Positions 11,543 to 22,015 of a stretch of 64,000 nucleotides of DNA are shown here, piece by piece. Below the pieces are notes generated by a model that saw only the letters and a program-made list of their open reading frames with translations, ran no database searches and was not told where the DNA came from. Positions within the stretch are counted from its first letter, which is position 1. Each line of letters opens with the position of its first letter. A program made the position numbers and the translations under genes. Source of the stretch: an uncultured Acidimicrobiia bacterium (GTDB lineage: Bacteria; Actinomycetota; Acidimicrobiia; Acidimicrobiales; AC-14); assembly GCA_963836205.1 (NCBI GenBank), contig CAWIIV010000017.1, positions 1 to 64,000 on the forward strand, given 5' to 3'.

Positions 11543-14374
11543 GTGACCGAGGCGACGACGGGCGACGACCGGCCACCGGTCCGGGGGGCGACGGCCGGCG
11601 AGGTCCTGGCCGCGGCGGCCGTCCTGCTCGTGCTGCTGGCGATCTTCCTCTGGACGCCACTGACCTCGTCGGGGACGGCCTACTCGTCCGACGACCTCCT
11701 CCAGTCGTCTCCCCTCGTGCGCACGGTCCCCGCCGACTACCGCTTCGGCAACGTCATGCTCACCGATCCCGTCCTCCAGATGCACCCGTGGCTGGACTGG
11801 AACCGGGAGCAGATCCTCGACGGCGACATGCCCGTCTGGAACCCGTACAACGGCGCGGGGACACCCCACCTGGCCAATTTCGTGTCGGCCGTGCTGTCCC
11901 CGTTCAGCGCCCCCTTCTACGTGCTGCCGTGGCGGGCGGCGCTGCTGGTGTCGGCCGGGCTGAAGCTGTTCGTACTCGGCCTGTTCACCTACCTGTTCCT
12001 GCGCAAGGTGGCGGTATCGCACGTGGGGGGCCTGGTGGGAGCGGCCGGGTTCATGTTCGCCGCCTATAACGTGCTGTGGGTGGCCTGGCCCCACCCGGGC
12101 GCCGCCATCTGCCTGCCCATGGGGCTGTACTTCGCCGAGGTGGCCATGCAATCGGCCAGCCGGGTGCGCCAGCGGTGGGCGTGGTGCGGGTACGCGCTGG
12201 CAGTGCTGGGCGCGCTCCTGGCCGGGCACCCGGAGACGCTGTTCTTCTCCTGGGGCGTGGTGCTGGCCTACGTGCCGGTGCGGCTGCTGGTGTCCCGCGA
12301 CCTCGGCGGCGGGCGGGAACGGCTGGCCAAGGCGGGGCAGTTCGTGATCGCCAGCGTGCTGGCGATGGGGCTGGCCGCGGTGCAACTCCTGCCGTTCGTG
12401 GAGTACCTCCACCGGAGCACCGCCTACGCCGAGGGCGCGGAGCGGGCCCAGGCCCACTTCGCGCTGGCCTACTCGGGACTCCACGCCTTCCCCAACCTCT
12501 TCGGCGCCCCCAGCGAGACGTACTACCAGCCGTTGCAGCTGGTCGGGGGGCTGGAGCTGCCGAACGGCACCCGCCTGGCCTCGAACTACATCGAGTCGAA
12601 CGGGTTCTACGTCGGGTTGCTGGTGTTGCTCCTGGCGTTCGTGGGGCTGGTGGCGCTGGTGCGCCGGCGGACGTTCGTAGGGGTGTTCGCGGCCGTGGCG
12701 GCGGTGGTATGGGTGGTCTACGCCCACGACCTGGGCGGCATCGGCCACACCGTCGGGACCCTGCCCCTGGTGGAGCTGAGCGCCATCAACCGCAGCCATC
12801 CCATCTGGGCCTTTGCCGTCTGCTGCCTGGCCGCCCTCGGGGTCGACGCCCTGCTGCGGGCGGGCGGTGGTGGCTGGCGGCGGGCGTGGCTGGCCGCCGT
12901 GGGGGTGGCGGCGGGCGGGACGCTCCTCCTGGCCGGGGCCGTCCTCCTCGCCCGCGACACGCTGGACGCGGGGGGAAACCTGGGCGGACGGGTCCTCGAT
13001 CCCATCGGCAAGGCCGCGGTCGATGCCCACCTCAAGTTTGTGGCCTTCAGCTTCCTGGCCGGGGTGGCGGTGCTGGTGGCGCTGGTGGGGCTGGCGTCCC
13101 GGGGGCGGTGGGTGCGGGGCGTGGCCGGGCTGGCGGTGGTGGGCGTCGTCTTCGCCCAGGGGGGATGGCTGCTGCGGTCGCACAATCCCACCATCGACGC
13201 CGACCTCGAGGGAGGGGTCGCCTCGTCGCCGGGGCTGGCGGCGGTGGCCCGGGCGACCGGACCCACCGAGGAGACGGTGTCGCTGGGCCCGCTCCTGTCG
13301 GCCGACGCCAACCTCTGGTACCGGCTGCGGACGCCCGAGACGTACGACGGCGTGGGCGTCCGCCGCTACGAACAGCTCCAACGCGACCTGGCCGCCCTGC
13401 CCGAGCCGTTGCGGGGGAGGCGGACGCTCGACGTCCTCGGAATCCGCTATGTCGCCTCCGAGCAGGTGTACCCGACCGCCCTGCCCGCCGCCCGCCTGCC
13501 GGTGCCAGGACGGACGTTCGCCGCCATCATCAACGGTCTCCACTCGGTGACGGCGGTGCTCGGACCGTTACCCCCGGGTGGGAACTGCCAGGTGACGCTC
13601 GAGCTGGTCGACACCGGGACGGGGGCGGTGGCGGGGCAGTCGGCGGCACCCTGCCGCAAGCCGTTCACCGCCTTGTCGTTCCCGCCGATCGCCGCCAGCC
13701 AGGGGCGGACGTACTCGGTGATCTTCGGCGGCCAGGCCGAAGTGCTCGCCCTGGCGCCGTGGGCGCAGGGGTTGAGTGGGTTGGAGCAGGTGGACGGCAA
13801 CGACGCGGTGGCGCTGTTCCGGGCGCCCGGGACCCCGGGCCGGTACTTCTCCCCGGCCGACGCCCGGCCGGTGGCCGACGACGACGAGGCCCGCCGGATC
13901 CTGGCCTCGCCCGACTTCGCCATGGCCCAAACCGTCCTGGTCGACGACGACGAGGCCGCCACCGCGGGCACGGTGGGGACGGTCGAGCTGCTCGAGCAGC
14001 AGGCGACCAAGGTGCGGCTGCGGGTGACGCGGTCCGATCCGGGCTGGCTGGTGGCGATCCAGACGTCGTACCCGGGCTGGACCGCAACCGTCGACGGCAA
14101 GCGGGCCGACGTGGAGCGGGCCGACTACGCCTTCACCGCGGTGGAGGTGGGCGCCGGCACCCACGAGGTCGTCCTCCGCTACCGCCCGAAGTCGCTGCGC
14201 TACGGGATGATCGTCACCGCCGAGGCGCTGGTGCTGATGGTCATCTGGCTGGCCACTGCTCGGCCACGAACTCCACGAGCGCGTCGAGCTCGGATCCCGT
14301 GGGACCCGACCAAGGCGCCCCCTCCGCCGGATCCGGAGCCGGACCCGGAGCCACTGGGGTGGCCGAAATCCTGA
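11543..14374 (+). CDS. YfhO-family polytopic membrane protein (GT-C-like)
   Basis: [12 protein letters not shown], many TM segments, C-terminal [10 protein letters not shown]...[11 protein letters not shown]. Confidence 0.8.
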   Translation: MTEATTGDDRPPVRGATAGEVLAAAAVLLVLLAIFLWTPLTSSGTAYSSDDLLQSSPLVRTVPADYRFGNVMLTDPVLQMHPWLDWNREQILDGDMPVWNPYNGAGTPHLANFVSAVLSPFSAPFYVLPWRAALLVSAGLKLFVLGLFTYLFLRKVAVSHVGGLVGAAGFMFAAYNVLWVAWPHPGAAICLPMGLYFAEVAMQSASRVRQRWAWCGYALAVLGALLAGHPETLFFSWGVVLAYVPVRLLVSRDLGGGRERLAKAGQFVIASVLAMGLAAVQLLPFVEYLHRSTAYAEGAERAQAHFALAYSGLHAFPNLFGAPSETYYQPLQLVGGLELPNGTRLASNYIESNGFYVGLLVLLLAFVGLVALVRRRTFVGVFAAVAAVVWVVYAHDLGGIGHTVGTLPLVELSAINRSHPIWAFAVCCLAALGVDALLRAGGGGWRRAWLAAVGVAAGGTLLLAGAVLLARDTLDAGGNLGGRVLDPIGKAAVDAHLKFVAFSFLAGVAVLVALVGLASRGRWVRGVAGLAVVGVVFAQGGWLLRSHNPTIDADLEGGVASSPGLAAVARATGPTEETVSLGPLLSADANLWYRLRTPETYDGVGVRRYEQLQRDLAALPEPLRGRRTLDVLGIRYVASEQVYPTALPAARLPVPGRTFAAIINGLHSVTAVLGPLPPGGNCQVTLELVDTGTGAVAGQSAAPCRKPFTALSFPPIAASQGRTYSVIFGGQAEVLALAPWAQGLSGLEQVDGNDAVALFRAPGTPGRYFSPADARPVADDDEARRILASPDFAMAQTVLVDDDEAATAGTVGTVELLEQQATKVRLRVTRSDPGWLVAIQTSYPGWTATVDGKRADVERADYAFTAVEVGAGTHEVVLRYRPKSLRYGMIVTAEALVLMVIWLATARPRTPRARRARIPWDPTKAPPPPDPEPDPEPLGWPKS

Positions 14375-14549
14375 AGTAGGCCGCCCGCCCGGCGCCGGCG
14401 GAAGCCTCGATCTCGGCCAGCAGGGCGCCCGCGGCGGCCGCGTCGTCGCCCACCACCACGACCGTCGCCCCCTCCGCCGCCAACCGCCGGGCCACGTCGG
14501 CCTGGTCGAGCCCCACGATCGCCACCCGGCCGACCAGATCCCGAGTCAC
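14241..14549 (-). CDS. Small truncated SDR-like hypothetical protein
   Basis: LVGRVAIVG...ARRLAAEGATVVVV resembles an SDR N-terminus. Confidence 0.45.
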   Translation of the reverse strand: MTRDLVGRVAIVGLDQADVARRLAAEGATVVVVGDDAAAAGALLAEIEASAGAGRAAYFRISATPVAPGPAPDPAEGAPWSGPTGSELDALVEFVAEQWPAR

Positions 14550-14627
14550 GAACCCACGCTACGTCGCCGCCCACGAGCCGCCGCCCCCGAGCCGCCGCCC
14601 CCGACCGACCGCGCCGCCTGCCGCCTT

Positions 14628-14682
14628 CCCGTTGGTTGTGCAGCTCTGTCGGTATATCCCACACAACTGCACAACCATCGGG
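14628..14682. repeat. Imperfect palindrome in divergent intergenic region
   Basis: CCCGTTGGTTGTGCAG...CTGCACAACCATCGGG (15 of 16 positions pair). Confidence 0.7.
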
Positions 14683-14744
14683 GCTTCCGGGTTGCGGGGG
14701 ACATGCGTCTGAGGGCCACGCCACGTGGGGAGGAACCGGGACGA

Positions 14745-15242
14745 ATGTCCACCGCACCCGCTTCCGACGCCTTCCAACGCATCGCCGACGACCTCGACTA
14801 CCCGATGACGGTGGTGACGACGGCCGACGGCGACGAACGGGCCGGGTGCCTGGTGGGGTTCGCGGCCCAATGCAGCATCGACCCGCCCTTGCTGGTGGTG
14901 TGGCTGTCGAAGCAGAACCACACCGCTCGGGTCGCCCACCGGGCCTCCACCCTGGTCGTCCACTTCCTGGCATCCGACCAGGGCGAGCTGGCCGCCCTGT
15001 TCGGTGGCACCACGAGTGACGAGGTCGACAAGTTCGCCCGCTGCCGGTGGAAGCCGGGGCCCGACAGCGTCCCCGTCCTCTCCGACTGCCCCCGGTGGGT
15101 GGCCGGGCACGTCGTCGACCGGTTCGACACCGGCGACCACATCGGCCACCTGCTCGACCTCTTCGACGGCGCCGCCGGCGAATGGCCGGGCCAGCTCGGC
15201 TTCCAGCAGGTGAAGGACCTCGACCCCGGTCACCCCGCATAG
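14745..15242 (+). CDS. Flavin reductase family protein
   Basis: MTVVTT, CSIDPP, DTGDH. Confidence 0.85.
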   Translation: MSTAPASDAFQRIADDLDYPMTVVTTADGDERAGCLVGFAAQCSIDPPLLVVWLSKQNHTARVAHRASTLVVHFLASDQGELAALFGGTTSDEVDKFARCRWKPGPDSVPVLSDCPRWVAGHVVDRFDTGDHIGHLLDLFDGAAGEWPGQLGFQQVKDLDPGHPA

Positions 15243-15291
15243 CGAGGCCGCGGGAATACCCGACCAACGAAGTCGGGTTTACACTCTCACC

Positions 15292-15735
15292 ATGTCCGGC
15301 CCGCCTCCGCCCATCGACCCCAGAGGTCCCCGCTTCAACCAGGCGATCCTCGCCACCGGGCTGCTGGCCGGCTTCGTGCTGGACTGGAAGGCGGTGGTGC
15401 CCGTCCTCGCCGTCGTCCTCTTCCTGGGGGCAGCCTTCGGCGCCCGCTACGGGCCGTTCCTCCGCCTCTACGCCGAGGTGGTCAAGCCCCGCCTGGCGCC
15501 GCCGAAGGAGCTCGAGGACCCCCGCCCGCCCCGCTTCGCGTCCGCCGTCGGCGTGGCCTTCCTCACCGCCGCCACGATCGCCTTCGCCGCCGGCGCCTCC
15601 ACCCTCGGGTGGGTGTTGGCCCTGGTGGTGGCCGTCCTGGCCGGGCTATCCGCCGTCACCGGTATCTGCGTCGGCTGCGAGATGTGGCTCTTCGCCGCCC
15701 GCCGCCGGGGCGTCGCCCTCGAAAATGGGCGTTGA
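15292..15735 (+). CDS. DUF4395-family membrane protein
   Basis: IDPRGPRF, EDPRPPRFA, GICVGCE. Confidence 0.85.
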   Translation: MSGPPPPIDPRGPRFNQAILATGLLAGFVLDWKAVVPVLAVVLFLGAAFGARYGPFLRLYAEVVKPRLAPPKELEDPRPPRFASAVGVAFLTAATIAFAAGASTLGWVLALVVAVLAGLSAVTGICVGCEMWLFAARRRGVALENGR

Positions 15736-16132
15736 GCGGCTCATGATCCCCCTCCGACTGCTGGTGGCGGTCGTCCTCACCTTCGCCGTGCTGCTGGTCG
15801 CCCGGCTCTACCGCCAGTGGCGCCACACGGTGCGCACCGAGTCCCCGGCCACGCCCCTGATCCCGCTCTCCATCCGGGCCGGAGCCGAGCGCACGTGGGT
15901 GATCTTCACCACGCCCTTCTGCGCCAGTTGCGCACCCATCGAGGCCCGGCTGCGGGCGAACGATCCGGGCGCCAACGTGGTCCGCATCGACGCCACCGAG
16001 CAGCCCCAGCTGTCGAACGCGTTCAAGGTCCGCAGCGCGCCCACCGTACTGCTGGCCGACGGCGACGGGCGGGTGCAGGCCCGCCTCGTCGGCGCCGCGG
16101 CGTTCGAGCGCTACGTGCGCAACCCGGCGTAG
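15725..16132 (+). CDS. Membrane-anchored thioredoxin-family protein
   Basis: N-terminal TM, FTTPFCASC, VRSAPTV; adjacent to DUF4395 gene. Confidence 0.8.
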   Translation: MGVERLMIPLRLLVAVVLTFAVLLVARLYRQWRHTVRTESPATPLIPLSIRAGAERTWVIFTTPFCASCAPIEARLRANDPGANVVRIDATEQPQLSNAFKVRSAPTVLLADGDGRVQARLVGAAAFERYVRNPA

Positions 16133-16668
16133 GGACGGCGGCCGGCGGGGATGCCCGCCCGCGACGGGTTCTTGCGGTCGCGGTCCGACAGCACGGGGTC
16201 GGCCACGCCCCAGTCGGCGCCGATCTCGGGGTCGTCCCAGGCCACGCCCAGCTCGTCCTCCGGGTTGTAGTACTGGTCGACCAGGTAGGTGAGGGTGAGG
16301 TCGGTGAGGGCGGCGAAGCCGTGGGCCACGCCCGGGGGGATGAAAACGCCCCGCCCGTCCTCGTCGCCCAGGTCGAGCCCGAGGGTGGCGCCGTCGGTCG
16401 GCGAGCCCTCCCGCAGGTCGTGGAGGACGACCCGAGCCAGGCCCCGGGTCATGTACCAGTAGTCGGCCTGGTGGAGGTGGTAGTGGAGCCCGACGACCGC
16501 CCCCGCCTGCTTGTCGGACCGGTTGCCCTGCACCATCTCCCGCCCGTTCGGGAACCACGACCGGCGGTAGCTCTCGACGAAGCGACCGCGGGCGTCGCCG
16601 AACGTGGCCGGCTCCACGACGTAGACGCCAGCGATCACGTCGGACTCGGTGACTCGGGTGGCGGTCAT
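16111..16668 (-). CDS. rfbC: dTDP-4-dehydrorhamnose 3,5-epimerase
   Basis: FGDARGRF, GLHYH, DLREGSPT, GVAHGF, WDDPEIG, LSDRD. Confidence 0.92.
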   Translation of the reverse strand: MTATRVTESDVIAGVYVVEPATFGDARGRFVESYRRSWFPNGREMVQGNRSDKQAGAVVGLHYHLHQADYWYMTRGLARVVLHDLREGSPTDGATLGLDLGDEDGRGVFIPPGVAHGFAALTDLTLTYLVDQYYNPEDELGVAWDDPEIGADWGVADPVLSDRDRKNPSRAGIPAGRRPYAGLRT

Positions 16669-17156
16669 GATTCGAAGCGACCGTAGCCGCCCCGATAGAA
16701 CACCAGCGGAGCGCCCTCCCGACCCACGTCGAGCCCCGACACCCGGCCGATGACCATGACGTGGTCGCCGGCGTCGTGCTCGGCTTCGACGATGGCGTCG
16801 ATCCATGCCAGGGCACCCTCCACCACCGGGGAGCCGGACGGCGACGGGTGCCAGCCCACGCCCTCGAAGCGGTCGAACGGCTCAGGCCCGACGGTCGCGA
16901 ACCGCCGCGACAGCAACTCCTGGTCGTCGCTCAGGATGTTGACGGTGAACCGGCCGCCGCCGGACCGGATGCGGGGCCAGGTGGTGGACTCCCGGCTGAC
17001 GCAGAACGCCACCAGGGGCGGGTCGATCGACACCGACGTGAACGAGTTCACCGCCAGGCCCACCGGTCCCCCCGCCTCGTCGGAGCCGGTGACCACGGTC
17101 ACGCCGGTGGCGAAGTGCCCCAGGACCTGTCGGAAGCGGGCCTCGTCGACCGTCAC
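16665..17156 (-). CDS. Flavin reductase family protein
   Basis: FRQVLGHFATGVTVV, NSFTSVSIDPP, AGDH, PLVFYRG. Confidence 0.9.
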   Translation of the reverse strand: MTVDEARFRQVLGHFATGVTVVTGSDEAGGPVGLAVNSFTSVSIDPPLVAFCVSRESTTWPRIRSGGGRFTVNILSDDQELLSRRFATVGPEPFDRFEGVGWHPSPSGSPVVEGALAWIDAIVEAEHDAGDHVMVIGRVSGLDVGREGAPLVFYRGGYGRFES

Positions 17157-18007
17157 GCCCGCTCCAGGCTGACGGTGAGGCCCTCGTGGGCGCCGAGGAC
17201 CTCGTCGACACCAAGGTGGTCGGCGCTGCGACGGGCCACCTCCAGGAGGAGGTCGAGCTCGTCGTCGGGCCGGGCCGCGTCGTGGTGGAAGAGGGCCAGC
17301 CGGCGGGCGCCCGCCTCCTTCGCCACCAGGACGGCGTAGCCCACCGTCGAGTGGCCCCGGCCCGACCGACCGGGCCAGTCGGCCGCGCTCAGCTGGGCGT
17401 CGTGGATCAGCAGGTCGACCCCGTCGGCCAGCTCGAGGACGGCTCCCGGGACCCGGTCGAGGTCGGGCGGCGGGTCGTGGTCGGGGACATAGGCCAGGCT
17501 CAGCCCGTCCCAGTCCACCCGGTAGCCGTTGGTGGCCGCCTCCCCGTGGGGCACGGAGCGGACGGTGATCCGGGCCGCGCCGACGGAGAACTCCTCGTCG
17601 CGGACCTCGTTGAACCGGATCATCGCCGGCTTCTCGTCGAACCGCTGCCGGAACCAGGGCGGGCCGAGGGTGTCGGCCAGGAGCCGGCCGAGGTCGCCCT
17701 GGTCGGCCGGGGGGCCGAAGACCTCCAGCACCGTGCGGTGGTCGTCGAGGGGCTCGAAGTCGGGCAGCCCCTGGACGTGGCCCCAGTGCAGGTGGCTGAG
17801 CAGGGCAGATGCCCGCAGGGGCGTCTCCGGCGCCTCGGCCTCCATGAACTGGGCCCACCGGCGCAGGCCCGACCCGAGGTCGAGCACGAGGGGGTGTTCC
17901 TTGGGCGCCTCCACGACCACGCAGGCGGTGTGGGTGCCGTAACGGACGTTTCCCGGACCGGGCACGGGCGCAGCTCCCCGCACGCCGTGAAAGGTCACGT
18001 TCAGCAC
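17153..18007 (-). CDS. MBL-fold metallo-hydrolase
   Basis: GVRG, LDLGSG, SHLHWGH, LIHDAQ, GHST, LFHHD. Confidence 0.85.
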   Translation of the reverse strand: MLNVTFHGVRGAAPVPGPGNVRYGTHTACVVVEAPKEHPLVLDLGSGLRRWAQFMEAEAPETPLRASALLSHLHWGHVQGLPDFEPLDDHRTVLEVFGPPADQGDLGRLLADTLGPPWFRQRFDEKPAMIRFNEVRDEEFSVGAARITVRSVPHGEAATNGYRVDWDGLSLAYVPDHDPPPDLDRVPGAVLELADGVDLLIHDAQLSAADWPGRSGRGHSTVGYAVLVAKEAGARRLALFHHDAARPDDELDLLLEVARRSADHLGVDEVLGAHEGLTVSLERA

Positions 18008-18150
18008 GACGGCTGAGGCTACTGGCGGGGCGTGACCCCACCTCGCGCGGTGACGCGACTGTGACCTGGCTGAGAGGGAACGGTTGCACGGGAAGCGGAC
18101 GATGGGTTGCGAGAGGCCCGGCGGTCGGGCCCCGAACCGGAGGTTCCACG

Positions 18151-18717
18151 ATGTCTGCTCGTCTGTTCCGCTCGCTGGTGATGGTGGCCGTGGGGGCGGC
18201 CACGCTCGCCCTGCCCGCCCAGGTCTCGGCGGCCCCGTCGTGCGCCGCCACCTGGGGGAGTCTGGCCAAGGCCCACGCGACCACCAGCTCCTCGCTCATC
18301 TCCCTGACCCGGACCGGGCGCCACGACTGCTACGACCGGGTCGTCTTCGAGTTCGAAGGTGGGTTCGACGGCTACCGGATCGAGTACGTCGACCAGGTCG
18401 TTCCCGAATCCTCCGAGGAGGTCCTGCCCGTCGCCGGCGGGGCCAAGCTCCAGGTCACCCTCGTTGCTGGTCTCATCGACGACACCAGCCGGTGGACGTA
18501 CTCCCAGGGCTTTGCCGGCGACCACGTGGCCGACGTCGCCGGCTACCAGACCCTCCGCGACCTGGTGGTGGGCGGATCGAGCTCGATCGGGCACGACTCG
18601 GAGTGGCACACCACGTTCGGGATCGGTGTGCGGGCCCGCCTCCCGTTCCGGGCCTTCGTCCTGCCCGGACCGGGAACCCACAGCCGCCTCGTCGTCGACA
18701 TCGCCCACCGCTGGTAA
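18151..18717 (+). CDS. Secreted AMIN-like domain protein
   Basis: Signal peptide; GRHDCYDRVVFEF and RLVVDIAH. Confidence 0.7.
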   Translation: MSARLFRSLVMVAVGAATLALPAQVSAAPSCAATWGSLAKAHATTSSSLISLTRTGRHDCYDRVVFEFEGGFDGYRIEYVDQVVPESSEEVLPVAGGAKLQVTLVAGLIDDTSRWTYSQGFAGDHVADVAGYQTLRDLVVGGSSSIGHDSEWHTTFGIGVRARLPFRAFVLPGPGTHSRLVVDIAHRW

Positions 18718-18723
18718 CGCCCC

Positions 18724-18935
18724 TTACGGCAAGCGCAGCTCACCCTCGTGGCTGACCGCCAGTCCGTCGGCCACGAGGCGCGTCGCCACCCGGTGAGCCC
18801 GCTCCGGGTCGTCGGGCCAGCCGATCGCCATCGCGACGTCGACCGCCGCAACCGGCCCCAGGCGGAGAGCGTCGACCAGGCGGCCCCGTCCCTGGCGGTC
18901 GGAGCCGGCGAACGTCGACTGGACGCCGCCGGTGC
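18724..18935 (-). pseudogene. Displaced duplicate of the mutY 3' end (about 70 codons)
   Basis: Encodes TGGVQSTFAGSDRQGRGRLVDALR...LRLP*; 18851-18935 is identical to 22143-22227. Confidence 0.9.
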
Positions 18936-19107
18936 AGTGGCCCGATCGTCGCCTCGGACCATCGCTCATGGGTCGGCGCCGACACGGGAGCAGCGAGGCG
19001 TGCCAGGATCTGGACATCAACGAGCGTTGGGAGGTCGAGCCTCCTGCCGGCGGGCTTCTCGGACGAAGCAGGCGCACGGTGGGACGGGCGATCGCGTGCG
19101 AGCCGGG

Positions 19108-22007
19108 ATGGACCCAGTGAAGGTCTTCTTGTCGTCCACCGCCGTGGACCTGGTCGACCACCGCAAGATGGCCGACGACACAATCCTCCGGCTTTCCCAA
19201 CAGGCGATCGTCATGGAACGCTTCGGGCCACTTCCCGGCGAGCCCGTGACGGAGTGCGAGCGGAAGGCAGCCGAGTGCGACCTCGTCGTCTGCATCGTGG
19301 CGCACCGATACGGGTTCGTGCCAGAGGAGGGCCGCGGGTCCATCACCCGGCGGGAGGTCGAGGCGGCCAAGGCAGCGGGCAAGGACGTGCTGGTGTGGAT
19401 CGTGGCGGACGACCACCCATGGACGGAGAAGAAGGAGCAGGACCTCCTCACAGACCCAACCGTGCTGGCCGACTCTGCGCGGATTGAAGAGGTGACGCAG
19501 GGGGTCCGCGCTCTCATTGACTTCAAGGCCTGGTTGCGGGCGAAGTTCGTCCCCGAGACATTCACGACGCCGGAGGACCTCGCCAGGCGGATCGCGATCG
19601 CGCTGCCGAAACACATCTATGCGGGCGAGCAGGGCGTGATGGCGCCAAACCCGAAGCAAGGCGAGAAACGCATCGTCCACGCACTGCAGCCAGCACCCCA
19701 CCTCCACGGCCGGGGCGCCCTCGTCGCGGAGCTGACCGACTGGGCCGCGGACCTCGCGTCGCCAGACCGAGTGTGGTCGCTAGTCGCCGCCGGCGGCACC
19801 GGAAAGACGGCAGTCGTTGAGCGTGTCGTCCGGGATTTGAAGCCGGGCGAGGCGAACGTGCTCGTCTGGTCGTTCTACGAGAGGCCAGAAGCCGATGCCT
19901 TCCTAAGCGAGTGCAACCATCTCTTCCTCGGCGAGCCGGAGGACGCCCCCCCGGGCGGACGGCTCGAGCGTCTGGAGCGAGGCTTGCGCGATGGACGGCC
20001 GCACCTGATCGTCCTCGACGGCCTTGAGCGGGTGCAGGAGGACGCCGGCGCCGGACGCGTCCGCGGCGAGCTGTCTGATCAGACGCTCAAGCTGCTATTC
20101 ACGCGCCGTCGCCGGAGGTCTCGGCCGGGCACGTGCCCTCGTAACGTCGCGGTATCCGCTGGTTGACCTCCATGACTGGGATAGGCGCGGCTACCGGGCG
20201 ACGAATCTCGACGACCTGACACCCGAGGCCGCTGTAGCTGTCCTGCAGGGCTGGGGGGTCATCGGGGAGGCCGTCGAGCTCCGCTCCGCCGCTGAACAGG
20301 TCGGTCGCCACGCGCTCTCCGTAGCGGTGATCGGATCCTACCTTCAGTCCTTCGCCGGGGGACGGGTCGAAGAGGCGGCCCACTTTGAGCTTGACGCCGT
20401 CACCGGCGACGACCCGAAGGCAGCGAAGCTGGCGCGCGTCCTGGCCTTCTACGCCGAGCGCCTGCCACCCGAGGAGCGCGACCTGCTCGTCCGACTCTCA
20501 GTGTTCCCCCGAGGCGTGACACTCGATCTTCTAGGAGTCCTTGTCGATGCAGGAGGCGACGTGGCCGGGGTACTCGTCGAGGCCAAGTCCCGGCTGGTCA
20601 ACCTGCTGACCAGCCTGAAGTGGCGCGGGCTCGTCTTCCAATACGGGACAAATTCGAGCGTGAGGTGGACCGCTCACCCGTTTCTGCGCGACAAATTCCG
20701 GGAGCTGCTCGCCTGCCGCGTCGGAGGACGTCTTCGGTGTCGTAGCCGACTCTCTCGGCGCTGGCCTCGACAAGCAGCCGGCGACGAATCCGCGCGATCC
20801 GGCCATTCTCGACCGCTATGAGCGCTTGATCGAGGCGACGCGCTTGGCTGGGCGCGACGAGCAGGCAGTTGCACTGTACTGGTCCGGGCTGGGGAACTTT
20901 CGCAACCTCGGTTGGATTCTCGGCGACTTCGAGCGCGGTTACCGAATCCTGTCGGCGTTTAGCGTGACTGGTCGCCCGGACGACTTCGCGCCGCGGGTCG
21001 AACTGCCGTTACGGTCGCGCCTTTTGAACGAGCTCGGCCTCTTCGCCCTGCGATTAGGACGCTTGGCCGAGGCATGGTCAATCCGGCGAGTAGACGACGT
21101 CTGGAAGAGCGCTCTGTCCGGGTCCAGTGTGCGAGCGGGCCTCAGGAACTCAAGCGAGGTCGATTTCAAACGAGGCCGCGTGCCGGCCTCCCGAGCGCAC
21201 GCTAACAACGCTGTGCGTCAGGGCGAAGCAACGGCCGAAACACCCGGGGATAGTGACTCAAGAATCGCGCTTTCCCTCGCCTGGCGGGCGAACGCAGCGC
21301 ACGCCATGGGCGACATCGCTGCGGCTCGGACGGACTTCGCTACCGCCACGGAGCGCGGAGGAGATCCACTTACCTCCCTACGCGGATCGCAGCACGCACG
21401 CCACCACCTCGATCTCGGCGACCTGGTAGCCGCCACAACGCTCTGTGACTACGGCATCTCGACCGCTTTGCGTACCGGATGGACCCAAGACCTGGCCCCG
21501 TTTCGTGCGCTCCTCGCCCGGATCGATCTCGTCGCCGCGAAAGATCCGACGACTAACCTTGATGAGGTTCGCGCCTGGACGTGGCGGTCCGGCGACATGC
21601 GGCACATCATCGAGGCCCACGACCTTGATGCCCGCCACCTCCTCGCCTCCGGCGACCTCCAAGGGGCGCTCGGCGAAGCGAAGGTCGGTCTTCAACACGC
21701 CTCCTCGTGTGGCTACGGCCTCCGCCGCATCGAGCTGCTCGTCACACTCGCGCGGATTCGGCTGGCGTGGCCCGACCCGGCGAAGGCCATCCAGGCTGCC
21801 CGAGCGGCGCTCGACCTCGCGTCGCACGAAGAGTGCCGCTACGCGTGGGGGGAAGCGGACGCCGCGCACGTGTGGGGCGAGGCGTACTTCGCGAACCACG
21901 AGCTCGCGCTCGCCAAGCGCGCCTTCGAGCGGGCGCTCGAGGTGCGACGGCGAATCGAGCATCCCGGTATCGCCGACACGGAGGCGTGGCTCGCCCGCTG
22001 CCCGTAG
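19108..22007 (+). CDS. DUF4062 + STAND (NB-ARC-like) NTPase + TPR protein, two frameshifts (near 20100 and 20720)
   Basis: VFLSST...MERF...RYG...SITRRE (DUF4062); GGTGKT, LIVLDG, LVTSR, GRHALS, HPFLRD; TPR-like helical C-terminus. Confidence 0.8.
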
Positions 22008-22015
22008 GCCGAGCG

